Source: Candidatus Gottesmanbacteria bacterium (GTDB lineage Bacteria > Patescibacteriota > Microgenomatia > UBA10105 > UBA927). From it: DNA of 64,000 bases. The notes beneath the pieces were generated by a model, which saw only the letters and a list, made by a program, of their open reading frames with translations, was not told where the DNA came from and did no database searches. Both the position numbers and the translations under genes were made by a program. Shown here piece by piece: positions 51,352 to 60,109 of this stretch. The stretch is from contig CAVQFA010000003.1 in assembly GCA_963711735.1 (NCBI GenBank), positions 146,971-210,970 of the forward strand, in the 5' to 3' direction. Numbering within the stretch: the first letter of the stretch is position 1; every line of letters starts with the position of its first letter.

Positions 51352-51623
51352 GGTGGGGTGTCGGAGTGGTTAAACGGCCAGGTCTCGTCCCAGAAGTATG
51401 TTTCCGAATTGAAAATTCGGAATACAACTTCGGGATCCCGTACACTAAGCCAAATCTGAAAGATTTGGCAAGTGGTACGGGAATAACCTTAGTAGTGCGG
51501 AGAGGTGTGCCGAATGGTAAGGCACTGGTCTCGAAAACCAGCGTCCTGAAAGGGACTTGCGAGTTCGACTCTCGCCCTCTCCGCACTATCAGGGAGGCAC
51601 AGGTTCGAATCCTGTATCCTCCG
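51352..51623 (+). ncRNA. tRNA-Ser-like outer RNA with hairpin-interrupted anticodon loop, enclosing an intact tRNA
   Basis: 5' half with D-loop GAGTGGTTAAA; hairpins 51388-51435 and 51436-51482; 3' end ACAGG-TTCGAAT-CCTGT-ATCCTCC-G. Confidence 0.7.
51499..51583 (+). tRNA. tRNA-Ser(CGA), nested
   Basis: GGAGAGG/CCTCTCC-G; CTGGT-CTCGAAA-ACCAG; long variable arm. Confidence 0.93.
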
Positions 51624-51633
51624 CCTAGCAATT

Positions 51634-52170
51634 ATGAAAATTATTGTTGCCTCGACAAATCCGACGAAGATCAATTCATCAAAAATGGGTTTTATCCGCA
51701 TGTTTCCGGACATTAATGAAATTTTTATCAAAGGAGTATCCGTGGACTCCGGCGTCAGTCATCAGCCGATGAGCGACGAAGAGACGTATAAAGGAGCGGT
51801 GAACCGCGCAGGTGAGGCGAAAAAACAAATTCCGGCAGCAGACTATTGGGTGGGGATAGAAGGCGGATGCGAGGAGCTGGACGGATCCATGGAGGCATTT
51901 GCATGGATTGTGATATTGGATAGAAAAGGAAAAAAAGGCCAGGGGAAAACCGGTACGTTTATCCTGCCGAAAAAAGTTGCGGATCTTGTCCGGCAGGGTG
52001 TCGAACTCGGTGAAGCGGACGATATCATATTCAAACGGAAAAATTCCAAACTCCAGAACGGCGCAGTGGGTATTCTCACCGACAATGCACTGGACCGGAC
52101 GAGATATTACCGGGAAGCGGTTATTTTAGCACTGATTCCGTTTAAAAATTCTAAACTTTATGAACGTTAA
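51634..52170 (+). CDS. yjjX: Inosine/xanthosine triphosphatase (DUF84)
   Basis: VASTNPTKI, SGVSHQPMSDEET..GA.NRA, VGIEGG, GAVGILT. Confidence 0.92.
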   Translation: MKIIVASTNPTKINSSKMGFIRMFPDINEIFIKGVSVDSGVSHQPMSDEETYKGAVNRAGEAKKQIPAADYWVGIEGGCEELDGSMEAFAWIVILDRKGKKGQGKTGTFILPKKVADLVRQGVELGEADDIIFKRKNSKLQNGAVGILTDNALDRTRYYREAVILALIPFKNSKLYER

Positions 52171-52963
52171 ACGCATACTTCTTACGGGGGATGACGGATA
52201 CAATGCCATAGGAATCAGGCTTCTTGTCCATATTTTGAAACACAAATACGATCTGTCCATTGCAGCGACCCGCGACCAGATGAGTGGAGTCGGTGGTCAT
52301 TTATCTTTACAACATGGAGGCCGATGGGGAGAAACCGAAGTTGACGGAGTTCCCGCGGTTTGGTACGAGGGATATCCGTGTGATGCGATGGAGTGTTCAG
52401 TCGCGTATTATAAAAAAGAATTTGATGTGGTCATCTCCGGAATTAATTTGGGTATAAATGTCGGAGGTGCCATCGTATCATCCGGAACATATACTGCTGC
52501 AATACGGGCCGTAAATCTGCACCTTGCTTCCAAAGCCCTGGCATTAAGCTGGCACAGTCCGGCATCATTGTGGCATACCAGTCACAACGGAAAAGAGGAG
52601 TTAGAAAAATATAAGGTGTATCCCGGTCAGACAGCAGGAGAAGTTTTGGATCTCGCAATCGCCAACGCATGGTGGGGGGCAGATATATTAAACGTTAATT
52701 TCCCGGCGAAACCTTCCCGTACTATCCGTTTTACAAAAGGATTACCTGATCTGCGTAACTTTTTTACGTATCCGATTCCCAGAGATTATAAAACAAAAAC
52801 ATACCGGTATCCCAATGACGGAATCAGAACAAAACCAACAAAACAATTGATGTATGATACGGAAAGCCTGCTTGCGGGGTATATATCCGTTACACCGTAC
52901 AAGGCGGACAATCTGGATGAGAGCGTATACACACGACTTAAAAGGAAGGTAATTACACTATGA
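52160..52963 (+). CDS. surE: SurE 5'/3'-nucleotidase
   Basis: ILLTGDDG, SGINLG.NVG, SSGT. Confidence 0.88.
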   Translation: MNVKRILLTGDDGYNAIGIRLLVHILKHKYDLSIAATRDQMSGVGGHLSLQHGGRWGETEVDGVPAVWYEGYPCDAMECSVAYYKKEFDVVISGINLGINVGGAIVSSGTYTAAIRAVNLHLASKALALSWHSPASLWHTSHNGKEELEKYKVYPGQTAGEVLDLAIANAWWGADILNVNFPAKPSRTIRFTKGLPDLRNFFTYPIPRDYKTKTYRYPNDGIRTKPTKQLMYDTESLLAGYISVTPYKADNLDESVYTRLKRKVITL

Positions 52964-53373
52964 CCATCACAATTTGCGGAAGCATGCAGTTTCACCGGGA
53001 AATGATTGAAACAAAGAAAATTCTCGAACTGGCTGGACATACGGTTTATATCCCAAGCGGCGCAACGGATTATTCCCGGAACGAGTTTTATACGAAAACC
53101 GACGAGGAAAAAATACTCATCAAGGTAGAGCATGACCTTATACGGGAACATTTCCGGCTTATCGGCAAGTCCGATGCGATTCTCGTTCTCAATTATGAAA
53201 AGAAAGGGATTGCCGATTACGTCGGCGGCAATACATTTCTGGAAATGGGATTTGCCTACGGAACGGGGAAAAAGATATTCCTTCTCCATGGTGTTCCTCA
53301 GATGGAATACAGTACGGAAATGCACGCAATGCAGCCAATCGTGATACATGGGGATCTGTCAAAAATATCCTAA
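52960..53373 (+). CDS. Nucleoside 2-deoxyribosyltransferase-like fold protein
   Basis: ITICGSM, SDAILVLN, GGNTFLEMGFA. Confidence 0.65.
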   Translation: MTITICGSMQFHREMIETKKILELAGHTVYIPSGATDYSRNEFYTKTDEEKILIKVEHDLIREHFRLIGKSDAILVLNYEKKGIADYVGGNTFLEMGFAYGTGKKIFLLHGVPQMEYSTEMHAMQPIVIHGDLSKIS

Positions 53374-53405
53374 ACAGCATACATTCGCTGTATAATACAT
53401 ACCAT

Positions 53406-53480
53406 GCTCCCGTAGTTTAATGGATAGAACGCGGGCCTCCGAAGCCTGTAATGGCAGTTCGACTCTGCCCGGGAGCGCCA
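53406..53480 (+). tRNA. tRNA-Arg(CCG)
   Basis: GCTCCCG/CGGGAGC-G-CCA; CGGGC-CTCCGAA-GCCTG. Confidence 0.9.
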
Positions 53481-53510
53481 TTTTAAACGCAACAAACAGC
53501 GTTTAAAATG

Positions 53511-53610
53511 GCTCTGAGGAGCATTAGTGACGAAGAGCAACATTGATTCTGAGTTGCGATTAGCAACGAAGAGCAACGTTGGGTGTGAGTCGCAATCAGC
53601 GACGAAGAGC
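53511..53610 (+). repeat. Three more copies of the ...GAG...ACGAAGAGC palindromic repeat
   Basis: Copies at about 53511-53538, 53547-53574 and 53584-53610. Confidence 0.85.
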
Positions 53611-53616
53611 AACAAT

Positions 53617-54195
53617 ATGAAACACATTGTCAATCTCATTTTCGAAGCAGCGGTATTGAAGCGCCTGCAAAGGACCGGCTGGCAAATCCTCGGCGACAAT
53701 CAGGAATCCGTCGGTGAACACTCCTACATGACTGCAGTCATTGGATATTTGCTGGCCCGCATGATTTCGAAACCCAAACGGTCTATTGATCTGGAGAAAG
53801 TTCTCCTTATGAGCATATTCCATGATTTCCATGAGGCACGGACCGGTGATGTGGATAAGATATCAACATTTTATGTTACGCGGGATGAAGGTCGTGCAAA
53901 CGATGACATTTTCAGTACAACAGACCCTGAAATGGCAGACACGCTCGTTGAATACGAGAAGAGGGAATCACCTGAGGCGAAGATCGTCTATGAGGCAAAC
54001 ATCGTAGCGCTTCTGGTAGAACTGAAAGCACTGCAGGAAAAGGGGAATAGAAATGTGGATGATTGGATAGAGGGAAACTGCAAACGTCTGCGTATCCCTG
54101 AGGCGAAACAGTTAGCGAAGGAAATATGTTCGTCAAACACCCAGGATTGGTGGAAAGATATACGGAAAAAGCTCCACAAGTCATTTGCCGCGTGA
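53617..54195 (+). CDS. HD-domain hydrolase (YfbR/5'-deoxynucleotidase-like)
   Basis: LKRLQRTGW, ESVGEHS, FHDFHEARTGD. Confidence 0.85.
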   Translation: MKHIVNLIFEAAVLKRLQRTGWQILGDNQESVGEHSYMTAVIGYLLARMISKPKRSIDLEKVLLMSIFHDFHEARTGDVDKISTFYVTRDEGRANDDIFSTTDPEMADTLVEYEKRESPEAKIVYEANIVALLVELKALQEKGNRNVDDWIEGNCKRLRIPEAKQLAKEICSSNTQDWWKDIRKKLHKSFAA

Positions 54196-54268
54196 AGTAC
54201 ACCGTAGCATCCACGCATCCGCCATTATTTTCAGTTATCCCCCTGTTGCCGAAAACATTCCTAATACA

Positions 54269-55198
54269 TCAGAGATATCCGCAGCGGACGAAGGGTATAT
54301 AGAAATATCCGAACAGAGTCAGAAAAGGCTTGTGTTTTATGGTGCATATAAAAATGCCCCGCGGAAAATACACCCGAATAAGTTCTTCAGAATATGGTGT
54401 AGGGGTAGGAAATATAACAGGTGTTGGTGTCGGTGTTTCGTTAACTGACGGAGTCGGAGTAGCAGTAGGTTCAGGAGTTGGTGTTGCTGTGGGTTCAGGA
54501 GTCGGTGTCGGAGATTGAATCGGGATTTCTGTCGGAGTTGGTGTGGGTTCAGGAATCGGTGTGGGTGTGAGAGTTGGCAATATAGTGGGTGTTGGAGTTG
54601 GTGTTAAAGTCGGTGTTGCGGAAACGGATGCACTGTTTTGAGGATCCGGAACGGTTCTTAGAATGAAATCATCCGCATTATTATCAGTATCCTGCATACT
54701 GATCCGCTCAATACTTTGGTTTGCGGGTGGATTAGTCGGGAACGGGGAAGATTCATAATCTGCTGCTGTCCCGAACCCCACTTTATCAACGAGCGTTATC
54801 CCCGCATCGCTGTAGAGAAGCACTGCATAGTTATTTTTCAGAGCATTGCTGGGTGCAGAATAGGGAATATCCAGAGGAACGCTCTCGTTGTATCCGCTTG
54901 AATGTCCGATAAGAAAAAATCCATGAGTTGGAATTGTTCCGTTGAGTACCGCCACGAGATTTTCCTCCGTACCGCTAGAATTTTTCCTTCGGAGTCTCCA
55001 TCCGCTCATGATAATTTGAGATGAAGTGGGATTGTACAACTCAACAAATTCGTCGGTATCGGTTTCACCGGATATCTGGACTTCGGAAATAACAAGTGAT
55101 GAGGAAGCGGAAAGTATAGGGGTGGGAGAACGGAAAAACAGAAAAGCCACGATTAAACCAAAAAGACACACTGCACAAATGGGCAGAATTCGGCGCAT
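54269..55198 (-). CDS. Lamin-tail-domain surface protein with PT repeats
   Basis: LVISEV...DEFVELYNPT, GWRL, QSIER, DTDNNADDF, (PT)n. Confidence 0.85.
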   Translation of the reverse strand: MRRILPICAVCLFGLIVAFLFFRSPTPILSASSSLVISEVQISGETDTDEFVELYNPTSSQIIMSGWRLRRKNSSGTEENLVAVLNGTIPTHGFFLIGHSSGYNESVPLDIPYSAPSNALKNNYAVLLYSDAGITLVDKVGFGTAADYESSPFPTNPPANQSIERISMQDTDNNADDFILRTVPDPQNSASVSATPTLTPTPTPTILPTLTPTPIPEPTPTPTEIPIQSPTPTPEPTATPTPEPTATPTPSVNETPTPTPVIFPTPTPYSEELIRVYFPRGIFICTIKHKPFLTLFGYFYIPFVRCGYL

Positions 55199-55315
55199 AT
55201 GGTGTGATGATATGTGCGCAAAATATTTTCGTCAACGCGTAAAATCCTATGAGGCTTGACACTCTGTCCGTTTCCTTCGTGTATCGGGTATAATACAGGA
55301 TATTAGTCAAACAGT

Positions 55316-55404
55316 GGAGAGGTGTGATAATTGGTAGTCGCCTCGCTTGGAAAGCGAGTGTCCCCGTAAGGGGATTAGGGGTTCGAGTCCCCTCCTCTCC
55401 GCCA
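55316..55404 (+). tRNA. tRNA-Ser(GGA)
   Basis: CTCGC-TTGGAAA-GCGAG; GGAGAGG/CCTCTCC-G-CCA. Confidence 0.92.
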
Positions 55405-55954
55405 TCCTTCACTGTAGCTACGGATTAGCTACGCTGAGTGTCCTATACTTACATTATAAAAACCGGAAAAATGTAATGCATATTACGCATTTCATATATA
55501 TAATCTCACCTCAATAATGTAATGGACTTCGCTGAACTATTCTCAACTATACGATACATTCAGTGTACCTAAGTTGAGATAGACAATAACGAGAAGCATC
55601 GTGTGATACCATCTAGATTTAATATCTATCAGACACTTCTTCTTGAACTATCTCAACTTAGGCACAATAAATAAACTTATGAATATATCGCTTGATATTC
55701 CAGTGAGAGGTTATAGCCAGAGCAATGATCATCAGATCGGAGAAAGTATACATGACACATTTACGGCAAACGGCGGTATAGTTTGGGAGAATCTGGTAGT
55801 GGCAAAAGAAACTGCTCAAAGTTGGGTGAAAAAAGCCTACAGAGGAAGTATAATGCACGATTTTGTTGTGTTGTTCACATCACCGGTTTTATAGAGGAAC
55901 AACCCACAAACAGAATTGAAGTTACGTTATAATAACATCCCGAAATATTTACCT

Positions 55955-56815
55955 CTATTTCTTCACCGCGCTATGAGCATAGTACCCGAAAAGCCCGAGT
56001 TTAATTCCTTCTATAGACATCCTCATTGACACGGCATTATCCGTCACAGCACGACAAAATGGTAACGGTATGCGGCGAGACAGGGAAATGAGGAATTTAT
56101 TCTTCCGGAGAATGTTTTTCATCCTTTGTAAAGAATGCCCTACTGCCTGCGTTTTATCTTCAACCTTTGTAATTTTAAATTCAGACGCCCGTATCGCACG
56201 GGTCATTGCATCATAGGTGATAAGTTCTTTCAGGTGGAATCCCCGGCAAAAAGATGAATAAATATTTTTTTCTATCCTGTCATTTGGTATCCGTTTGGAG
56301 TATCCATCTGTAATGAAAAGCACTCCGTTTGATTTCAGTATCCTATACGCTTCTTTCAGAAATTCGTTTTTAGGGTATGCATAACAGATACTTTCAATAC
56401 CAAACACTGCATCAAATGATGCCGGCGGAAACGGGGTATGGCAGTAATCTGCAACGAGAAACTTCGTGAGAGAAGAAACGTTATTCTTTTTGGCATTTTG
56501 GAATGCCGACTGTACCTGCTCCGGCGTAATGGAAATTCCGGTAAGCCGTGCCCCTGTGTGCTTGGCAATATAGATTGATGCTCCGCCCACACCGCAACCG
56601 GCATCAAGAACACGCATACTCTTTGTTATTTTCTCTGCGTTTATGACATAGCGGTACTGGTTGATGATGGACTCATCGTCGGATTTGGTTGATGTGTCCC
56701 AAAATCCGTAGTGAAGCCCGAGGGATTCCGGAGAATACCAGAAATATTTATACAACCACTGACTGTTTTTGTAATATGATGCAATCTCAGAGACATAACG
56801 GGAATTAGTTTTCAT
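55955..56815 (-). CDS. Class I SAM methyltransferase (sterol/tocopherol C-methyltransferase-like)
   Basis: LHYGFW, VLDAGCGVGG, GISITPEQ, FDAVFGIES. Confidence 0.85.
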   Translation of the reverse strand: MKTNSRYVSEIASYYKNSQWLYKYFWYSPESLGLHYGFWDTSTKSDDESIINQYRYVINAEKITKSMRVLDAGCGVGGASIYIAKHTGARLTGISITPEQVQSAFQNAKKNNVSSLTKFLVADYCHTPFPPASFDAVFGIESICYAYPKNEFLKEAYRILKSNGVLFITDGYSKRIPNDRIEKNIYSSFCRGFHLKELITYDAMTRAIRASEFKITKVEDKTQAVGHSLQRMKNILRKNKFLISLSRRIPLPFCRAVTDNAVSMRMSIEGIKLGLFGYYAHSAVKK

Positions 56816-56920
56816 ATTTTGAGATAATTGCGTGCATCTATATTTATATAATATACACTCTCAATGTATAATATGCCGGTACGCATACAGGATACAAATG
56901 ACAGAGTATAAAATAACACC

Positions 56921-57982
56921 ATGATCAGCAAAGACTTTGATGAATACAAAATCCGGATGAGTGCATTCCTCACAGCCTTTTTTGCCCAAAAGACGCCACA
57001 GTACGTTCACTTTCCCATGGACCGTGAAGCATTCTCTGCACTGGGGGAGTTGGTGTGCCGCGGGAAAATGTACCGGGGAGCAATACTTCTTGCTGTGTAT
57101 CAGCTGTTAACTGACAAACCGGATACGGAAAGTGCACTCACTGTCGCATCAGCGCTTGAGTTGTTTGAAACAGGTGTACTTATCCAGGATGACGTAATGG
57201 ATAAGGATGAAACCCGCCGGGGTTTGCCGGCCATGCGTGTGCATTTCAGTACGGCAGTAAAGGAAATAGAATCTTCTCAAGCCCGGCAATTCGGTGATAG
57301 CGCAGCTATGTGCATAGGAGACATCGCTTACTTTCTTTCATACGAAATGATAAGCACGCTAAATTTGCCACCGCAAAAAAAATCAGAAATACTGCGCATA
57401 TTTTCACGCGAGATGACAGCTCTGTGTCTCTCTCAGATACAGGACATGTATCTGTCCCTGGCAACCCGCCCGGTAACCCGGAAAGAAACGATTGATATGT
57501 ATACCGGAAAAACAGCACGGTATACGTGGATACTGCCTATTTCCATTGCGCTCGTTTTATCAGGAAAACATGATGAAATGGGAGTACTTTCCGAACAGAT
57601 CGGAAAATCAGCGGGAATTTTGTATCAGCTTGTGGATGACGGAATCGGATTATTCGGAGATGTAAACGCAACAGGCAAGCCCTCAGGAGGTGATATCCGT
57701 GAGGGGAAAAAGACGCTCTACTGGCACTTCGCAAGGGAGTTGCTGAAAGGGAAAAACAGGCAGGCATTTGACAACCTGTACGGCAAAAAAAAGATCCGTG
57801 CTGAGGAAATTGACAATATAAAAAATCTGGTGAAAGCCTGCGGGGCATATGATAAAGTGGAATCACTCAAACAGGCGTATCTGAAAAAAGCCCAGAATGA
57901 CATATCCTCTTTGCCTCTGACGGATGAAAAAAAACAGAAACTGATTACGCTCGTGAATTTCGTAAGCGCAAGGAAAAGATAA
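56921..57982 (+). CDS. Trans-polyprenyl diphosphate synthase
   Basis: GKMYRG, QDDVMDKDETRRG (FARM), KTARYT, YQLVDD, DIREGKKT. Confidence 0.9.
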   Translation: MISKDFDEYKIRMSAFLTAFFAQKTPQYVHFPMDREAFSALGELVCRGKMYRGAILLAVYQLLTDKPDTESALTVASALELFETGVLIQDDVMDKDETRRGLPAMRVHFSTAVKEIESSQARQFGDSAAMCIGDIAYFLSYEMISTLNLPPQKKSEILRIFSREMTALCLSQIQDMYLSLATRPVTRKETIDMYTGKTARYTWILPISIALVLSGKHDEMGVLSEQIGKSAGILYQLVDDGIGLFGDVNATGKPSGGDIREGKKTLYWHFARELLKGKNRQAFDNLYGKKKIRAEEIDNIKNLVKACGAYDKVESLKQAYLKKAQNDISSLPLTDEKKQKLITLVNFVSARKR

Positions 57983-58029
57983 TACCGGATTTATAATAGA
58001 TATTGTGAAGAGTTTATAACGTCACCATT

Positions 58030-59292
58030 ATGATAAACGTACATACGAAAACTTATGACGTTGCCATTATAGGCGGGGGAGCGGCGGGCATGATGGCTGC
58101 ACTGTCCGTCAGACACCACCATCCGGATTATTCGGTATGTATACTAGAGCGTTCCGGCGAGGTTGGTCGGAAGCTGACTATTTCCGGTGCGGGACGCGGA
58201 AATCTCACAAATATTCACATTGCACACAATCCGTCATCCGGCTACTTCGGAAATTCCGGTCTTGTTTCATCCGTATTTTCCCAATTCGGATACGACGCAT
58301 GTGTTGCGTTTTTCAATGACATAGGAATTCCGCTTTTTGAGGAAATGAAATCCGGCCGGGGAAAACTGTTTCCCGTTATAGAGAATGCCAGGACAGTACG
58401 GAATGTGCTTGTTGAAACGATGAAGGAAAACGATATCAGCGTGTTTTTTGACGCCAACGTTACGGATATACGGCGGGATAATGGCTTGTGGAATACCAAG
58501 ACTCAGGGATCTTCGTATCAAGCCCGTTATCTGATCGTTACAACAGGAGGAAAAACATATCCGGCATTCGGGTCCGACGGGTCAGGATACGCTCTTTTGC
58601 AAAATCTGGGACATACGATCGTTACGCCTGTCCCGAGCGCTGTTCCTCTGGTTTCCAAAAATCCTCTTTCTCACCTTCTGCAGGGAGAGAAGATGGTCAT
58701 GAAAGCAACGGTGATTCTGTCAGGCAAGAGAGTGGCATCATCCGTCGGGGACGTCATTTTCACCCAGTATGGTCTGTCCGGTTCCGCGATTCTGGATATA
58801 AGCAGAGCCGTATCCATACGGATAAACCGCGAAGGGAAGACCGATACAGAGGTGGAACTTTCTTTTTTTCCGGAGGATTCCAGAGGAGAAACGGAACAGC
58901 TTCTGAAAAAACGTTTCTTATCTCATCCTGACCGTACCGTGCCTGCCTGTCTTTGGGGTTTGCTCACAGTGAAAGGCGCAAATGCGGTATGTGAAGTAAG
59001 CGGTATTCCGAAAGGGAAACTCGCACGCGATGTGTCTCCGGATGATATGGTTCGGATCGTCTCAGTCCTTACCGCATACCATATTTCCGTTGCACAGACG
59101 CGGGGATGGAATGAAGCGGAATTTACTGCCGGAGGAGTAGATGCAAACGAAATTAATCCGCGCACCCTAGCATCAAAAAAAGCGGAAAACCTGTATGTTG
59201 CCGGTGAGATTCTGGATGTTGACGGACCTGTCGGAGGGTACAATCTCTCATGGGCATGGGCATCCGGTTTTGTTGCAGGAAAATTGTCATGA
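58030..59292 (+). CDS. HI0933/BaiN/YhiN-family flavoprotein
   Basis: IGGGAAGMMAA, GRKLTISGAGRGNLTN, TGGKTYP, TAGGV, GGYNLSWAWASG. Confidence 0.92.
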   Translation: MINVHTKTYDVAIIGGGAAGMMAALSVRHHHPDYSVCILERSGEVGRKLTISGAGRGNLTNIHIAHNPSSGYFGNSGLVSSVFSQFGYDACVAFFNDIGIPLFEEMKSGRGKLFPVIENARTVRNVLVETMKENDISVFFDANVTDIRRDNGLWNTKTQGSSYQARYLIVTTGGKTYPAFGSDGSGYALLQNLGHTIVTPVPSAVPLVSKNPLSHLLQGEKMVMKATVILSGKRVASSVGDVIFTQYGLSGSAILDISRAVSIRINREGKTDTEVELSFFPEDSRGETEQLLKKRFLSHPDRTVPACLWGLLTVKGANAVCEVSGIPKGKLARDVSPDDMVRIVSVLTAYHISVAQTRGWNEAEFTAGGVDANEINPRTLASKKAENLYVAGEILDVDGPVGGYNLSWAWASGFVAGKLS

Positions 59293-60003
59293 CAGGAAAA
59301 ATTCTCCTGAAATCCGGAAAAGCTCATCCCGGCACCTCTTCTCTTGAACTGTTTTTACGATAAGGATAGTATGCGTTGCCCCGTCAATTTCCGTGTAATG
59401 GTTATGTGACAGCTTTTTATACATTTCTTTCACCCCGATAGGTATGACTCTGTCGAGTGATCCGTATACCACATGTATTTTCCCCGGATAGCGGGACAGG
59501 GCGGAAAATGCAGGGGAGTTTTTCCAGCTTTCCGTCTTCCGGATTTCTCCTGTAAACTTTTCATTAAGCGGTAGATTTTCTGCCGGCTTACCGTATGCCG
59601 CAGCAGAATAAAGGAGCAAACCTTTAGTCTCTGGAAAAATCGTTGCAAGCTTAGACGCGACATGTCCGCCCATACTGGCGCCCGCAATAAAAAGCGCATG
59701 CGGGTTAATTAATTTGTCGGACAAAAGAAATCTATACGCAGAGGAAGCATCGCGGAGTCTGTTTTCAAGCGTACCATCCTCAAATATTCCCTCACTTTTC
59801 TCACACCCGCGGAAAGAGAAAAAGAGACTGGCAAATCCGTAACCGGCAAGAGACTGTTGCCATGGGGCGAAACGGCCGGAAAGCACCCGTCCGCCTCCGT
59901 GCAAAAAAAGAACAGCAGGAAACGGTTTATTTCCGTCCGGGAGAACGAGATTTCCGGAAATCTTGAGGTTGTCGGAAGGAAATGTTACAGTCATTGAAGC
60001 CAT
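59287..60003 (-). CDS. Alpha/beta hydrolase
   Basis: LFLHGGG, GASMGG nucleophile elbow, D and H catalytic positions. Confidence 0.85.
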   Translation of the reverse strand: MASMTVTFPSDNLKISGNLVLPDGNKPFPAVLFLHGGGRVLSGRFAPWQQSLAGYGFASLFFSFRGCEKSEGIFEDGTLENRLRDASSAYRFLLSDKLINPHALFIAGASMGGHVASKLATIFPETKGLLLYSAAAYGKPAENLPLNEKFTGEIRKTESWKNSPAFSALSRYPGKIHVVYGSLDRVIPIGVKEMYKKLSHNHYTEIDGATHTILIVKTVQEKRCRDELFRISGEFFLS

Positions 60004-60109
60004 TGTACACAAATACCCAAAATATTCAGAAATATTTGGGTATATATGTATCTAATCAGATTTTTCTTCCGGGTATCGCGGAATGTAAATCTGAATAAGA
60101 TACACATAT

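Noticed and set aside
51388-51482. Anticodon insert as a group I/II or BHB intron
   Set aside because: It is only 95 nt of two simple hairpins with no catalytic core, and no clear bulge-helix-bulge is visible
51341-51731. ORFs 51366-51716, 51341-51631 and 51489-51731
   Set aside because: They are translations of tRNA and structured RNA sequence
51213-53610. Repeats as hammerhead ribozymes (CTGAGGA...CGAA)
   Set aside because: They read GAAG rather than GAAA, the CT is used in the closing GCTCT/AGAGC stem, and there are no stems I/III with an NUH site
51213-53610. Repeats as a CRISPR array
   Set aside because: The copies are degenerate, the spacers are short and irregular (about 8-21 nt), and no cas genes are present
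53527-53616. N-terminal TKSN repeats on the HD protein
   Set aside because: They are a translation of the DNA repeats; ATG 53617 is the likely start
54400-54620. Tandem-like DNA repeats
   Set aside because: They simply encode the Pro-Thr linker of the lamin-tail protein
60013-60043. Palindrome ATACCCAAAATATT/AATATTTGGGTAT between divergent genes
   Set aside because: Single copy with no adjacent regulator; no function can be supported
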